Positions 39,076-52,145 of a stretch of 64,000 nt of DNA are shown here, piece after piece. The stretch comes from Antechinus flavipes (lineage: Eukaryota): the NCBI RefSeq assembly GCF_016432865.1, contig NC_067399.1, positions 151,590,001 to 151,654,000 on the forward strand, written 5' to 3'. The position numbers were made by a program, and so were the translations under genes. The notes under the pieces are model-generated. The model saw nothing but the letters and a program-made list of their open reading frames with translations. It was not told the origin of the DNA and did no database searches. Every line of letters begins with the position of its first letter. Position 1 is the first letter of the stretch.

Positions 39076-39520
39076 ATGACCGGCCGAGATGCGAGTTCAG
39101 ATGGCAAAACCAAGGGCAAGGCGTTGGTGCCCATTGGCCCGGGACATGAGAAGGCTTCCCTCAGTCTACGATCCAAAGGCTTCGCCATCAATGACTTGCT
39201 GGGCTTAGAGGCAGAATTGCAGCCTCCCAATGGCCCTGGGGCTGGCTCGGGATGCCAGGTCCCCTCTGGGGCTGGACTGGGGCCAGGTCCTGGGACTGGA
39301 TCTGGAATCGGGGGGACCTCTTTGCCCGGGGGCTCCTTGCCCTTGGGTCTGGGCTTCTTCTGTGGCTTTGCAGCGCAGCAACCCCCGGCTGGTGGGACCC
39401 CCTGTCTGTTGCTCACGGACATCCCCTTCCTGCAATCTCGGGGACCGGACCCCCATCAACATCACGAGCATCACCAGCGATACCTGCTGGGCTCCGAGAA
39501 GCCCAAGGAAAGCATTTCTG
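39076..39520 (+). CDS. VSX1: VSX1 coding exon 1 (N-terminus, octapeptide/eh1, Pro/Gly-rich region)
   Basis: ATG in context AAACCATGA; MTGRDASSDGK...GFAINDLLGLEAEL...LPLGLGFFCGF...PCLLLTDIPFL; donor TCTG|GTAACT at 39521, phase 1. Confidence 0.95.
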
Positions 39521-42379
39521 GTAACTTGTGCATGCCTCTCCCGAGATCAGCCTCCCCCTTCTCACAGCCTAGGGCCTAAAGGGTTAAAACAAAACAAAAC
39601 AACAACCCTTTCCCACAATAGCTTTCACTTTTGTCCACTTTCCACATTTTGAGACTAAAGATGCCTCTTCCCTAAAGTTCAGTTTTTGGCAAATTTCTTT
39701 TCTCCTGATCCAAGGAAAGGGTAGAATATCCAGAAGAGAGAAAATGATTAGTTCCGGGTTGTATTGTTGCTGTGTCAAGAACTCTGCATTTTTATTTAGA
39801 GACCTGAGTGCAAATTATGACTATTCTATGTGATCTTGGGAATGTCACTTAATCTGTTTTTTTATCTGAAAAAGAAGCTTGCATCATTTAATATCTCTCA
39901 TAGATCTAAAGCAGAGAGACCCATTTAGGGCTATAGAAGTCATGGCTTTTCGATTTTATTCTCTCTCAGGTTGTGTCCATGATCTTGCCACATGCATTTT
40001 TTTTTTTTTTTTTTTTTAATTTTCCTCTAACCCCTGCCTAGAGTCTAACTTGTTTCTTCTCTGGGGCTGGAGCCTCCCAGAGGCGAAAATGTATTTTTGA
40101 ACTTCCCTTCTCTGCTCCCTTAGGAATCTGAGGTCAAGATCCGGCAGAGAAGCGAACATTTTAGTTGTTTCTCATTTTAGCTTCAGACTCCTGATCTAGA
40201 AATCTTCAATCTAGGCCAGTACTTAGTTTTAATGCCTTTTTGAGCAAGGCTGGGTGTTTCTCAGGTAGGTTCTCCAGTTTCCCTGGGAAACTGATGTTAG
40301 GGTTAGAGTAAGTGACTAGACTTGTGGGCTGGGCTTCTTAGGACTAGCAAAATCAAAAGATCTTCCTCTTCTCACAACCACTCTCTTTGAAAGTCTTGAC
40401 TTTTCAGTCAGGAAAAGAAAGTAGTCTTGGCATTTCTTGTATTCTTGCTATTCATACAACTATTTGCTTAATTACACCTGTACTTTTGACAGATTGCATT
40501 GAGGGTTGCTACTTCTTTCTTTTGGCAGTTCTTCCATACCTAATTCCCTCATCTTTTGAGTTAGTTCTTCTATTCTATGATAGCAGTTCAGGTTTAGAAT
40601 GATGAAAATGATAACTCAAATTCTGCCCCCAGCACATATTTTTGCTGCTTGAACAGGGGGCAAGTCACCCATATAATTTCTCCATGCCCAAGGCAGCTCT
40701 CTATGACTGAATGGACAGTTGTTGATTTGTATTAGTGGAGGGAGATTTTACAATGATGAATCCTTATATACCAAGGGAGATTTTTTTTTTTTTAAATAAC
40801 AATCACCATGATAGAATCTTGTTTTTACTTACTCAAGGTCTACCTTTTCTTTGGTACCTTTTGTTCATATATCTATTTCATTCCTTGCAGTACTTGGCCT
40901 TTCTTCAGTCCTTAACTTTCACTATTCTACTAGGGCTTTTAGGAGAGTCTGAAAAATCCATTTACAGGGTAGCACAATCTCCTCAGGAAAGACACACAAT
41001 GGAATGCTTCCTTTGTAGATCTTTTCATATGTAAAGTTTATCTGAGATGTCAATGAATTTCAGTGACTTTACTATTTTCTCACTAAGAGTAGAAGCCTCA
41101 GAATAAAAAGTTCATGTTTAGATGGCTATAGGGTGGGAATATAGAAGCTTTTTCTTCATAGAATTTAGAGCTCAAAGGAAGCATTTCGTCTAGATCTTTC
41201 ATTTTATAGTTGAGGAAATTAAAGCCTAGAAAGGGAAAATTTCTTGCACACAGATAGTAAGGAGTGGTACAAAGATTTGAACTCAGGTTCTCTGATTCCC
41301 TTGATGGAACTCAAGGAGCAAAGGCTAGGTGTCCACTTGGATGTGATATAGGGGTTCTTCCCCAAATAGAAGTTGGTTTCAATAGCTTTTGAGATCCCTT
41401 TCCCTGTGAGTGAAATCTCATGTTCTCATGTTCTGAATTCCAATCCAATGTCCTTTCCACTATGCTATGCTACCTCTGCTTTTTTTCCTTGCTCATCTTC
41501 AAGTTGATAGCTAGACAAAAGCACAGTGGATTATGCTGAAGACCTCAAGTCAAATTCAGCCTTGAATACTTACTTGAAGTGTGGCTCTGAGCAATTACTA
41601 CTGTATTATTACTGTCTGGCTCAGGTTTTTTTGTCTTTGTTTTTGATTTTTTTTTATCTGCAAAATGAAAATAACAGCACCTACTCACTTAGGTTTTCAA
41701 ATGTGATAATAAGGTTATGTCAAATGATATAATATTTATAAAGTTCTTTGCAAACCTTAAAGAACTATATTGTTATTATTGAATTATGCCCTTGAATTGA
41801 ATATTGCAATTCTCCTCCTCCCTTCCCCTCAACAAACACAGATTAAAGAGAGAGAAAGTCAGGGGCAAAAATAGTGCCATAGTGATAGGGACTCTGAAGA
41901 GGAGCAAGTAAGGGAATCGGGGTTCTGCCATTCTGCTTTAGTTGGTGGACCAGTTCCAGATGTGAGGTATGGAAGAAAGAGATATCTGGAAGAAGTGATT
42001 TTTCTCCAAATTCTTGCCCTGAACCCAATCACTAGTAGGCCAACCTTAATTATTGTTTCTGATAGAATATGTTGTATTTTCTTTGCCTTAGAATTATCTA
42101 GGACAAGCAAACTGACCCAAGACTCTTCTTCCTTTGGGAGAAATACCTGGAAACTGAGGTCTCCTTGAGTATTTTGTATCTATAAATGGATATTTATATA
42201 TCTCTACTATCTAAAGATATATAAGTATGTAGATAAATATATGCAAATGACGTATAACATACAATTGCCCAGTTCTTTTGTTTAGCTCAGTATGTACAAT
42301 CAAAATGTGTATATAACAATCTGAACAATAATTTCAAATTTAAAACATATTTTTTTTTATTTTCTCCAAATGTAAACAG

Positions 42380-42458
42380 ATGAAGACAGTCTGTCTGAAG
42401 ACAAAAATGAACTGAAGACACCCTCATCACATATTAAGAGGAAAAAGCGGCGGCATAG
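42380..42458 (+). CDS. VSX1: VSX1 coding exon 2 (acidic region, basic NLS, start of homeodomain)
   Basis: Acceptor AAACAG|AT; (D)EDSLSEDKNELKTPSSHIKRKKRRH(R); donor AG|GTATAG; 79 bp. Too short to appear in the ORF track. Confidence 0.95.
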
Positions 42459-42971
42459 GTATAGTTTAATGTCGACTATTCTCTTTTCCTTTTTGGAGTT
42501 CTTACTATTGTAGTTCCTCAGCCATAAAGCCAAGGCCTGGGCTGAGTGTAAATATTTCAGTTTATAATGGAAAAGACAGATATTATTTTGAAAAGAATTA
42601 AAACAGTTCTTAAGAGGACGATAGGAATGAGAATATCTGATTCAGAACACATGGGCCATTTTTTACAGTATTTTTAGTAGAAGACTTTGAGGGGATTTTT
42701 TTTTTTTATCATCTTACTCAGATCTCTGGATAGTAGAATGGAACTCACTTAAGAGAACTTAAGAATTAAACTTCTAGAATTTTCAAGAAATCTTGTCTGG
42801 TTCAAGAAAAGACTTTAGCAGGGGCAGAGAAACTGGTGGATTGGAAGATGAATTACTAGCTTTTTAATGGAGGGGAATAGGGAAGTTTTGAGGGAGGAAA
42901 GACACATAGGGAGAAGAGCTAGGTTTTCTCTTATACCTACATATCCATATGCATATGTGTATTTCCTGCAG

Positions 42972-43095
42972 GACAGTTTTCACTGCTCACCAACTGGAAG
43001 AATTGGAAAAGGCTTTTAATGAGGCACATTATCCAGATGTGTATGCCAGGGAAATGTTAGCTCTAAAAACTGAGCTTCCAGAAGACAGGATACAG
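42972..43095 (+). CDS. VSX1: VSX1 coding exon 3 (homeodomain helices 1-2)
   Basis: Acceptor TTTCCTGCAG|G; [41 protein letters not shown]; donor CAG|GTATTT; 124 bp. Confidence 0.98.
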
Positions 43096-43868
43096 GTATT
43101 TGAATTTGTGTTCTCCTTTCTCAGATTATTATACACAAAAATGTCTCCTTAAATACACACAGAAATATAACTGTTACACTTTTTAACATGTTCAAAAAAG
43201 ATAGATATAAATATACAGGTAGAGTTTAATGCTAGACTGGTCTCTTTTTCTTTATAAATGATGTCTTAGAGTTCTACTATTATAGTCCTTCAAGTTTGAA
43301 GCCAGTTAAGACTGTTCATCTGAATGTCTATATCAGGGATTTTAATTCTTACTTCCTGTAAGATACTCCTTTGCAATAACTCAATTAGATTAAAAAAAAA
43401 AAGGAATATTTTTCAATTTGCAACATCTAACAGTCAAATTATATGTGATACTTCTAGTTCCTTTTCCCAATAAAGTCTTCCAAACCAAGAATAACCACAA
43501 AGCAAAAAAAAAATCATGATTATTGTTTTTAAAATGTTAATATATAGGAAAATATATTTTATATTTTCAACCCATTTTTTCTTTTTTTGCTGAGGATGTA
43601 TACAAATTCCAGGGGAACTAGCTAGCCCTTTAGTTGGCAATTGCTTTTTAGACAGAGTTCTTATTTTGAAAATTAACTGTGGATATCTCTTCTGAAAAGT
43701 TCCTTAGTTATTTAATCTATTTTCATTAAGCTGGGGTTGTTTTACACCACTTAAAGAAGAACTCCATATGCAGACAAAATGACCTTTCATTCATTTTCAT
43801 GTGTCCCTCCCTCCCTCCTTGTCTCTTTCCTGGAATGTTTTATTTATTCCTTTCCAATCACAAACTAG

Positions 43869-44072
<204 letters not shown>

Positions 44073-44264
44073 TGAATAGCTGATGTTACTAAAACAATTT
44101 TAGATAGGATTTATAAAAGAAAAATAATGCAAACTCTTACAATTGCTTGCAAATTGTATGTGTTTATAAAATGCTAGTTGGATTGATAGTAAAGAATTAA
44201 AGACCCATTCCCAGAATTTAATCAAAGTATTTTTTGAAATAATCCTAAAATTCTAGAACTAGAA

Positions 44265-44540
44265 ACCAGTTTGTAGTTGTTCTTTGTTCTTCATTCTCAG
44301 AGAGGATCAATGACATCAGGAGTGTAATATCTTGACTTGCAAGTGAATTGGATTTGAGTGAGGCAGAATTGTGCTTTAACCAACCTCACTCTCTTCTCTA
44401 GAATCATTGGTCTTCCCAGATTGATTCTTTTGTGAAGGCAAACCAGGCCATCTTTGGCCTCCATTCTTAACTTGCCTTTAATTACTGAATGGGTGTTGCT
44501 CCAGACAAACTGGCACCTGGGAAAGACCTAGCTTAAAAAA
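44265..44540. mobile_element. Marsupial RTE-associated SINE-like fragment in VSX1 intron 4
   Basis: TTCTTCATTCTCAGAGAGGATCAATGACATCAGG...GCAAGTGAATTGGATTTGAGTGAGG resembles a marsupial repeat; a related, more diverged piece lies at ~13370-13890. Family name uncertain. Confidence 0.55.
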
Positions 44541-45681
44541 GAGAAGCTATTTTAGAGAAACTTAATCCAATCTACTCATTCTATAGATAAAAAGGCAGTC
44601 AAAAGAGGCAGAATAAGTTATCTAAGGTAAGGCAATATGCCCTTTCAATATTTAAAGATATTTAATTGTATGGATTTTTTTTTTTTTTGCCTTGAATTAT
44701 TTGGTGTTGATTTGTGCTGTAAACTTAATGATTTATTTTTGAGATTTTAAAAATAAAAGAACTATATACTTTATATGACAGATATAGGTAAATTGAATTT
44801 ATAAAATCATATCATTTAAAATACACTAAAGGAGTTCTATGGTAAATCATTTTGTAAAATGCATAATCATCTCTTGTCTTTTGGGAAAATCAGATTTTTT
44901 CATTATGCATTTTGGTGAAATACATCTTTGTAATAGGAAATTCAATAAATTTATTAAGTTCAAATAAACTTATAAAATAATGTTTTATGAATGACTTAAA
45001 ATATCCTATTGTATAATCAGGAAACCTAATGTCTATCTTTGTGACTTTAGAAAAAAACTACTTTTCTGATCTAGGTTTTTTCATGTATTTAAAGAGAGAG
45101 AGAGGGGGTGGGGCGGGCTGGATTATATGATCTCTCAGGTTTATTTCAGTCTTAAAAAATTTCATGATTCTAAATTTTCATAGTTTTTTGAACTTTAGAA
45201 ATCCTTCAATGAAAGACAAAGGACCCTTGGGAAGGCTAACATTTTTTACTTTATCAAACATTTTTCAGCTAACATCTTACCAGGGATGAAAGGAAAGGGG
45301 ACAAGGAAATTAAAAAGGTCTTGAATCAAGAAGCTGGGAAATATAAGAGTACATGGCAATGAATCTGTAATGGCAGAATTTCAGACTTTGGAGTAAATAG
45401 CTTTTAGGAACATAGAAGCCATCCTAATACCCCTTAAATTATGTTAGATAGGTGATCATCTTCTCATAAAGCTAGTCTTTATAAGGCTTGTACCCACTTT
45501 ATTTATTTATTCAAGTGGCATCATTTTAATTGATTTTATGGTGATAATGGTGTTGATGAAAATAACACTTTTGATTTTTAAAAAAATATTTGGGACCTAA
45601 TATCCTCCTGTACAGTCATCAGTTTAAACTGGAAGATTTCTAAAATTCCTTCTAGCTCTATGACCCTGTTCTTTTTCCAAG

Positions 45682-45893
45682 GGATGCACAAAAAATCCAT
45701 GGATGTGACAAGGAAATCAGAAGGTGAAGAAAAAGTATCAGAAAACTGGGGTTATGACCACTCAGAGGAAGACTTGAAGTCAAAGCATGGAGAGCCCCAG
45801 TTGAGCTCTGAAAAAGTCAATCTCCTGGACAGCTCAGAAGACATTGCTATTGATCTCTCCAGGACAGCAAAACAGGAGAAGAAAGCACACTGA
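45682..45893 (+). CDS. VSX1: VSX1 coding exon 5 (end of CVC, RV motif, stop)
   Basis: Acceptor CTTTTTCCAAG|GG; (G)MHKKSMDVTRK...SSEDIAIDLSRTAKQEKKAH-TGA (stop 45891-45893). Confidence 0.93.
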
Positions 45894-46128
45894 AGGCCTT
45901 GGATGCTAGGATCACATAAGTAAAGATTGCATCAATAAGAAAAGCATTGGACATTGGGAATGAGAAATGAGAACCACAGAAGGAGAATAACTTCCTGTGG
46001 GCCTTCCCAAGGCACTTGGGGACATGTGCCTAACTAGCACTAGAATTTTTCAGATGTTAAAAATTGCCCAAGATGAATTATATTGATTTATTCTTGTTTC
46101 TATTTATGGAGTCAGGATCAGATATGTC

Positions 46129-46134
46129 AATAAA
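46129..46134 (+). terminator. Candidate VSX1 polyadenylation signal (proximal)
   Basis: AATAAA about 235 nt after the stop codon, followed by a T-rich stretch. Confidence 0.4.
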
Positions 46135-46802
46135 ATTTTCATTTTAAGCTTCAAAGCTGCTAAGGACAAATTAGTAATTTAGAAAAACCTCCAATTAGTT
46201 TTAGAATGGAGAGTTCAGTAAAAAGCACTTGAGCTGATTAAAATGGAGGAAGATTTCGCTTGATTTTTGAAGAACTGGTGGCAAGAGGTGGTACAGGGAT
46301 TCTCAGGCATTTTACTGATAGGGGCACTTAACTCAATTGAAGACATTGTATGTGAAGAGGTTTGCTTCAAAATACCCATTCTGAATCTTTAAAGAAGTAT
46401 AGATCTTTAAAGGAAGACAAAATCAACACAGCCTTATTAACTACAGGAAACTTCCTCCATTTTTAGTATAAATATGACTTCGGACCACATTGTTATTTCC
46501 TTTGCTGATATGCAATAATTTTATAAACTTCTGAAAGGGATTTGACATAACAGAATTTAGACAATTCCAACTTGTATAAATTCAGCCATATTCTCCACTT
46601 CCTTTTCTCCTGAAAGTAGACTATTTTGTGAAATGGCATAGGAAATATTTTAAAATTCTTTAATATCTGTAAAGCCGTATTATAAGATAAGGCTGTTCTT
46701 GGTCTTATTATATTTATGTTTAAAAGCACTTTAGTTATTTGGAATTTCTGAATGTTTCCTTTTCCTGTATTTTGTTTATCATTTATTTATTTCGTACACA
46801 TA

Positions 46803-46808
46803 AATAAA
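46803..46808 (+). terminator. Candidate VSX1 polyadenylation signal (distal)
   Basis: AATAAA with upstream TGTA and a downstream T-rich tract, just before SINE-rich sequence resumes. Confidence 0.45.
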
Positions 46809-49808
46809 CATTATGTATAATTTTGCTTTTCAATGAATATATTTCAGTAGATTGGAGAGATTGTGTGTTTTCATGCTGCCTTATTCACTGATGAGGGTTG
46901 TGTTCTAACAGCTCACATCACATGGTAAAGAAAGGGGCACTGAATGTATAGTCATGGGGTCTGGCTTTGAATCCTGGCTCTATTTCCTGTGTGACATTTG
47001 GCAGGTCTTCATTCTAAGATGATTTCCTGTAAAACAGAAGTAGTGGACTAAGCGATATTTTCTTCCAACTCAAAATCTTAAATCATATAGTCTCTGCCTA
47101 TAAAGTTTTCCTTGATTATCTAAACTGGACACCTAGTGCAGAGAGCACTGGGTCTGAAGTCAGGAGGATTCATCTTCCTGAGTTCAAATCTGGCCTCAGA
47201 CACTTATTAATTGGGATCCTAGGCATGTCACTTAACTATGTTTGCCTCAGTTTCCTCATCTGAAAAATAAGTTGGAAAAGAAAATGGCAGACCACTCCAG
47301 GTTCTTCACCAAGAGAAGCCCAAATGAGGTCAGCAAGACTGAACAGCAGGATTATTTAAACTAGAATGAACCTCCATCTTTGAAATTCTTATGGTAGTTT
47401 GTATATCACTTACAGCACCTTTTATTGGAGTTTTCTGTAAAATTATAATAACTTGTATTTATATAGAGTTTTTATATGTATAAGGTATCTTATATCAGGA
47501 ATATATCACATATATTCCTGTTAAGTGAAAGTGGGGAAAAGGGAATGAACATTTGTATAATTCCTACTATGTGCCAGGGACTATACCAAGTGTACAAAAA
47601 ATATTTTTACAAATATTTCATTTTATCCTCTCAACAACTTTGTGAGGTAGATGCTCTTAACCCCATTTTATAGTGGTCTGAGACTGGATTTAAATTTCAG
47701 TCTTTCTGACTCCAGGATGAACACTCTAGCCACTGTGCTACCAATTAATTGTCCTAGGTAATATGTTATTTTAATTTTAGTTTTTGTTCAGTTATCTTCA
47801 ACTGAACTTCATGATCCCATTTGGGGTTTTCTTGGCAAAGATAATCAACTTACTAAGTGTCTACTTTGTGCAATGCACTGGGAATACAAGTACCAAGAAT
47901 GAAGCAACCCCTCCTCATAATGAGTTTATATTCTAATGGAAGAGACAATTTACCCATGGCATCAATAATTAGCAAAGGTGAGATCAAATGTGGCTTCTCT
48001 GATCCAAATTCAAAGCTTTTTCCCCCCAGCTAAGGGCTTTCTGCTCTTTCTGAATTCCCCTCCAGACAAATATTTAGGATTTAAAAAAAATTATTGTATT
48101 GTATTTCAAGGCAAATTTCTACTTCCATTTACTCTGTGAAGCTTTCCCTGATTCCTCAAGTGGAATGTATTCTTCCTCCCCTCCCCCAAAATATTTTTGG
48201 ACAGTACTTTGTCTGAACCTTTTTCACCTCCTACTTTCATATCATTGCCTTTTTCACCCTTGTAGAATGTATGTACTTTAAAAGATAGGACCATTATTTG
48301 TGTTTGTATTTCTAGTTCCACCTAGAATGATGTTTTACATATAGGCGCTTTTAAAATGTCAAGTGAATCAATGATAATTACATATTCTAGAATTCATTGG
48401 AGGCTTCTTGCTATAATTCTTGGCCTAAATGGAAAAAAAGAAACTTTCTGTCTTAGTTATAGTTATTCCTTTTTAGAAGTGAGAATGACATATTATGAAA
48501 AATCCAGTCAACCCAGAAAGGTATTTTCTAATGATTGAATTTTTCCTTCCTTTCATTCACATATTTTAAAAATCATAGCATGGTAGACAGCTTTAGACCA
48601 CTAAGCATTTTACCAGTCCTGAGCAATATTCTCTCCCTACATTATCTGAAAGTAAATATTTCATAACTTTAAACTGATTTCAAAGCCTATAATGCATATC
48701 CTCAGTGGTTGTGCAATCTCACTCAGACTGGCCACTCAAAACATGTTGATGATATTAATGGAGGTACTTTATGCAGATCTGAGTTATAACAGAATCATAG
48801 AGTTAGAAGGGCCTTAAGTGAGAGCCGTCCAACTGGTATGTGAAAAAGAATCCCATTTATAACAAATTCTGTGAATGGTCATCTAATAAGTCCCCCAGTC
48901 AACAAGTATTTATTAAGTCCTACTAATTCAATTGGCTTCAGATACTAGCTGTGTGACCCTGGGCAAGTCACCTCAGTTTCCCCCTCTGTAAAATGATCTG
49001 GAAAAAGAAGTGGCCAACCACTCCAGTCAATATCTTTGCCAAGAAAATCCTAAAGGGGATCATAAAGAGCTGGGCATGGCTAAACAACAACTATGTGCCG
49101 GGCATTGTGCCAAGCAATGAGAATAAAAAGAAAGTCAAAGAATGGGTCCGATTCTGAAGAAGCTCCTGTTCTATGGGGGGCTCATCTCTTCTTCAAGACC
49201 TCTAATGAGGGGAAATCCCCTCAGCACCTGTTCTCTCCCCTATAGTCTACTTTTGCTTTTGGATCGCTTTAATAGTAAGTTTTTCTTTATGGCAAGCATC
49301 AACTTAACCTTTCTGTTACTTCCATCCATTGCACCCGATGCTGTTGTCTGGAGACATGAAAACAGAACCAGTCATCTGGATTTTATATGAGAGTCTTCCA
49401 AATATGGGAGTATATCTAGTTTGTTTCTGATAAGTTTTCTCTTCTCTAGACTAAGTATGCCCCTTTCTTCCAAATGATCCTCACGTAAGGTAATTTAGGG
49501 ATCAATCACCCTACTATTTGACTTCTCCTGATTCCTCACTGGCTTAAAAGGATAAAAATCTGGCACCAGAGGCAGATATGGCCATATCAATGTTTTTCCT
49601 TTGGTTACAGAATAATAGTTAATTTTAAAATAGTGCTTTGAGGTTTGAAAAAAATGCAATATGATGTCATTTTACACTCATGTCAACCTCGTGAAGGTGG
49701 TGCTATGATGATCCCCATTTTACAGATGAAGTAACTGAAGCTGAAAGTTATCCAGAGTCATATAGCTAAGTACCTGAAGCTGGATTTAAACTGAGCCCAA
49801 TAATCTCT

Positions 49809-49812
<4 letters not shown>

Positions 49813-49854
<42 letters not shown>
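49813..49854. repeat. (AC)21 microsatellite followed by degenerate TA/CA low-complexity sequence
   Basis: Read directly. Confidence 0.97.
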
Positions 49855-49856
<2 letters not shown>

Positions 49857-52145
49857 ATATATGATGTAATGTGTGCATACACAACGTTTATTCACAATTT
49901 ATACACAATACACATGCACTGCATGTTTACATCTGCACATATCGCAATACGTATATGTGTGTGTATGTACACATACATGTATGCACCCACATGCAGTATA
50001 TGCTTAGGCTGTTTTTTTTCCTCTAGCAAAGATGTTCATACAGAGGTTATATACGGACTGCTAATTGGGTAGAAGTTATATATATATATATATATATATG
50101 TTCAGATATCTGGAATTCAAACCTTAATTTTGTTGGATCAACCATGCTGTTTTCTTCTTTGGATTGGTCTTCACTGATTATTTGGCCCCAGACTATGTCT
50201 TTGTAAATCTGGAGAAGTGACAAGGAAGCAGTTTTTAAGCTTCCTTCTTTTCCTTATATCTCTTAGTTTCAAACACAGACCAGACAAGAGCAGCAGTAAC
50301 AACAACAAATTTCAAAAGACTACTTTGTTTTCTCTTTCATTTTGCTTTTTTTTCCCCTTAGAATATCTGATTTGTACATTTTGTGGCAGAGAATGAAGTG
50401 TCCTAAATGGTTCTCATTGGTGCTTTGAAAAAGTCTGCCTTTAGAAAGGCTATTGAATTCAATATCAAATGCCTGCTTAATAAAGAGGAACAAATCAGAT
50501 TTTTCACACATTTTCTCTTTAATCCATTCACAAGTCATTCAGGCCATGGGGATGTAAAAATTGGAACTTGACCATGTATTAACAGCATGGCTGAATCATT
50601 TCCAGTTTTTGAAATAAATTATTTGCCAGATAAAATTTAGCTGGAAAAATCTAAAGTGATTTAAAAAAAATGAAAATCCCAGTAAGGCCAATTTGGAAGG
50701 ATTCCTAATATAGATTAGAGAGATAGAGTTATATAATGGAAAATGTGATGGTCTTGGAGTCAGAAAACCTGTTCTGACATGTATTGATCACATGACATTG
50801 GGAAACTCTTATTTATTCCTCAGTTTCCTCATCTATAAAATGGGGATAGTGATTTTTGAACTCTTCCACTAAAGTTCTACTCTGATGCTTCATTATCTTA
50901 TAAAAGTGATTCCTGGTTCTCTATTATAAAAGCACAAGCATGGTATAATAGAGTGCATAAACTCTTGAAACAGAGGTCCTGAGTAAAAACCTTATTGCTG
51001 CCTGATAGTTTTACTAATGTGACCTTAAGCAAATGATTTTGGTGAGCAAGGCAGTTGCTTTGGCTTTTAAGTTCTTCAACTGGAAAATGAAGAAGTGGAT
51101 TAGATGGCCTCTGAGGTCCTTCCAGCTTTAAATCTAAGATCCATATGTAGGATGTGTGTGTTGTCCGTATAGATTATAGGCATGTCCACATGTGTTTGTT
51201 TAAAGGCAATTCAGAATTTTTGATAGACATTTTGGGAACTTTGCCCGCCATTCTCCAGAGGAAACTGATTTTTACTATTAAAGAAGAGAAGGAGAAGGAG
51301 CCATGAGCCTTACTGCTTACTTTTCTTCAGAGAATACCAGATTAGGATTTTATATTACATATATAGATATAAATGATATGTACATACACATATATACATA
51401 CACCTATCACATGTATACACATATAATTAAATCTATCTGCTCCCAACTCTCCTTCTGTCCTCCATATTGCTAGTTTGGGGGAATGTTTTCTTTGAACCAT
51501 CTTTCTGGTCATTAGCCTTTAAAGAGGAAAGGTTTCCCTAAATTCATATTGAAGGCTTGACCTCTTCCTATCAAATGCTAGTCACACAAAAAGAGCATCA
51601 AAAAGAATGAATAGCAATAAATCCATTTATCCAAGCATACAGTAAACAGGAATCGGAGAAATAATAGACATTGGAACCAGACAATACCAGAGAGTAAAAG
51701 AGCTCTTCCAGTAGGAAGATATCTCATTTCAATCAAAATAGAATTACTGATCTCACCCAAGGGGAAATTCCTAGAAAATCAGAAGTATTTTAATGATCTG
51801 GATTTTCCTTGGTGTCTGCCTTACAAAATCTAGTCTCTTTCTCCTTTAATCCTTGAAGATAATCTGGAACCATATGTGACATTTTTTTTATTCTATCTAT
51901 TTAAAAATAATAATTTTATTTGAAAAAACATTAAGAAAAAAAATAAAAACGTAAAAGAAATACAAAACAAAATAAAGCAAAGCAAAAGAGAACACTGTCA
52001 TGTGCCCAGCAGAACATTAGAGGATTCAAAGTATATAAGAACAAATGACCAGATGAAAAAAGTATATATATATATATATTAGTAGAAGAAATTATATTCA
52101 TGAATGTCCATTTTTCTTTACTTCTGTATAAGTTGTTCTTTGGTT

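Larger units (their letters stand above)
37820..39540. promoter_or_regulatory. CpG-island-like GC-rich region over the promoter and exon 1
   Basis: Visible rise in GC and CG dinucleotides against a CpG-depleted background; boundaries estimated by eye. Confidence 0.7.

Noticed and set aside
39521-39579. Exon 1 read-through ending ...GNLCMPLPRSASPFSQPRA
   Set aside because: A good phase-1 donor at 39521 joins exon 2 in frame, and there is no evidence for the truncated product.
38548-39652. Several long antisense or alternative-frame ORFs over the promoter and exon 1
   Set aside because: Expected by-products of GC-rich, stop-poor sequence; no recognisable protein.
50330-50700. Strong polypyrimidine tract plus AG (~50360) suggesting an extra exon
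   Set aside because: No ORF or donor support, and it lies downstream of the VSX1 poly(A) signals.
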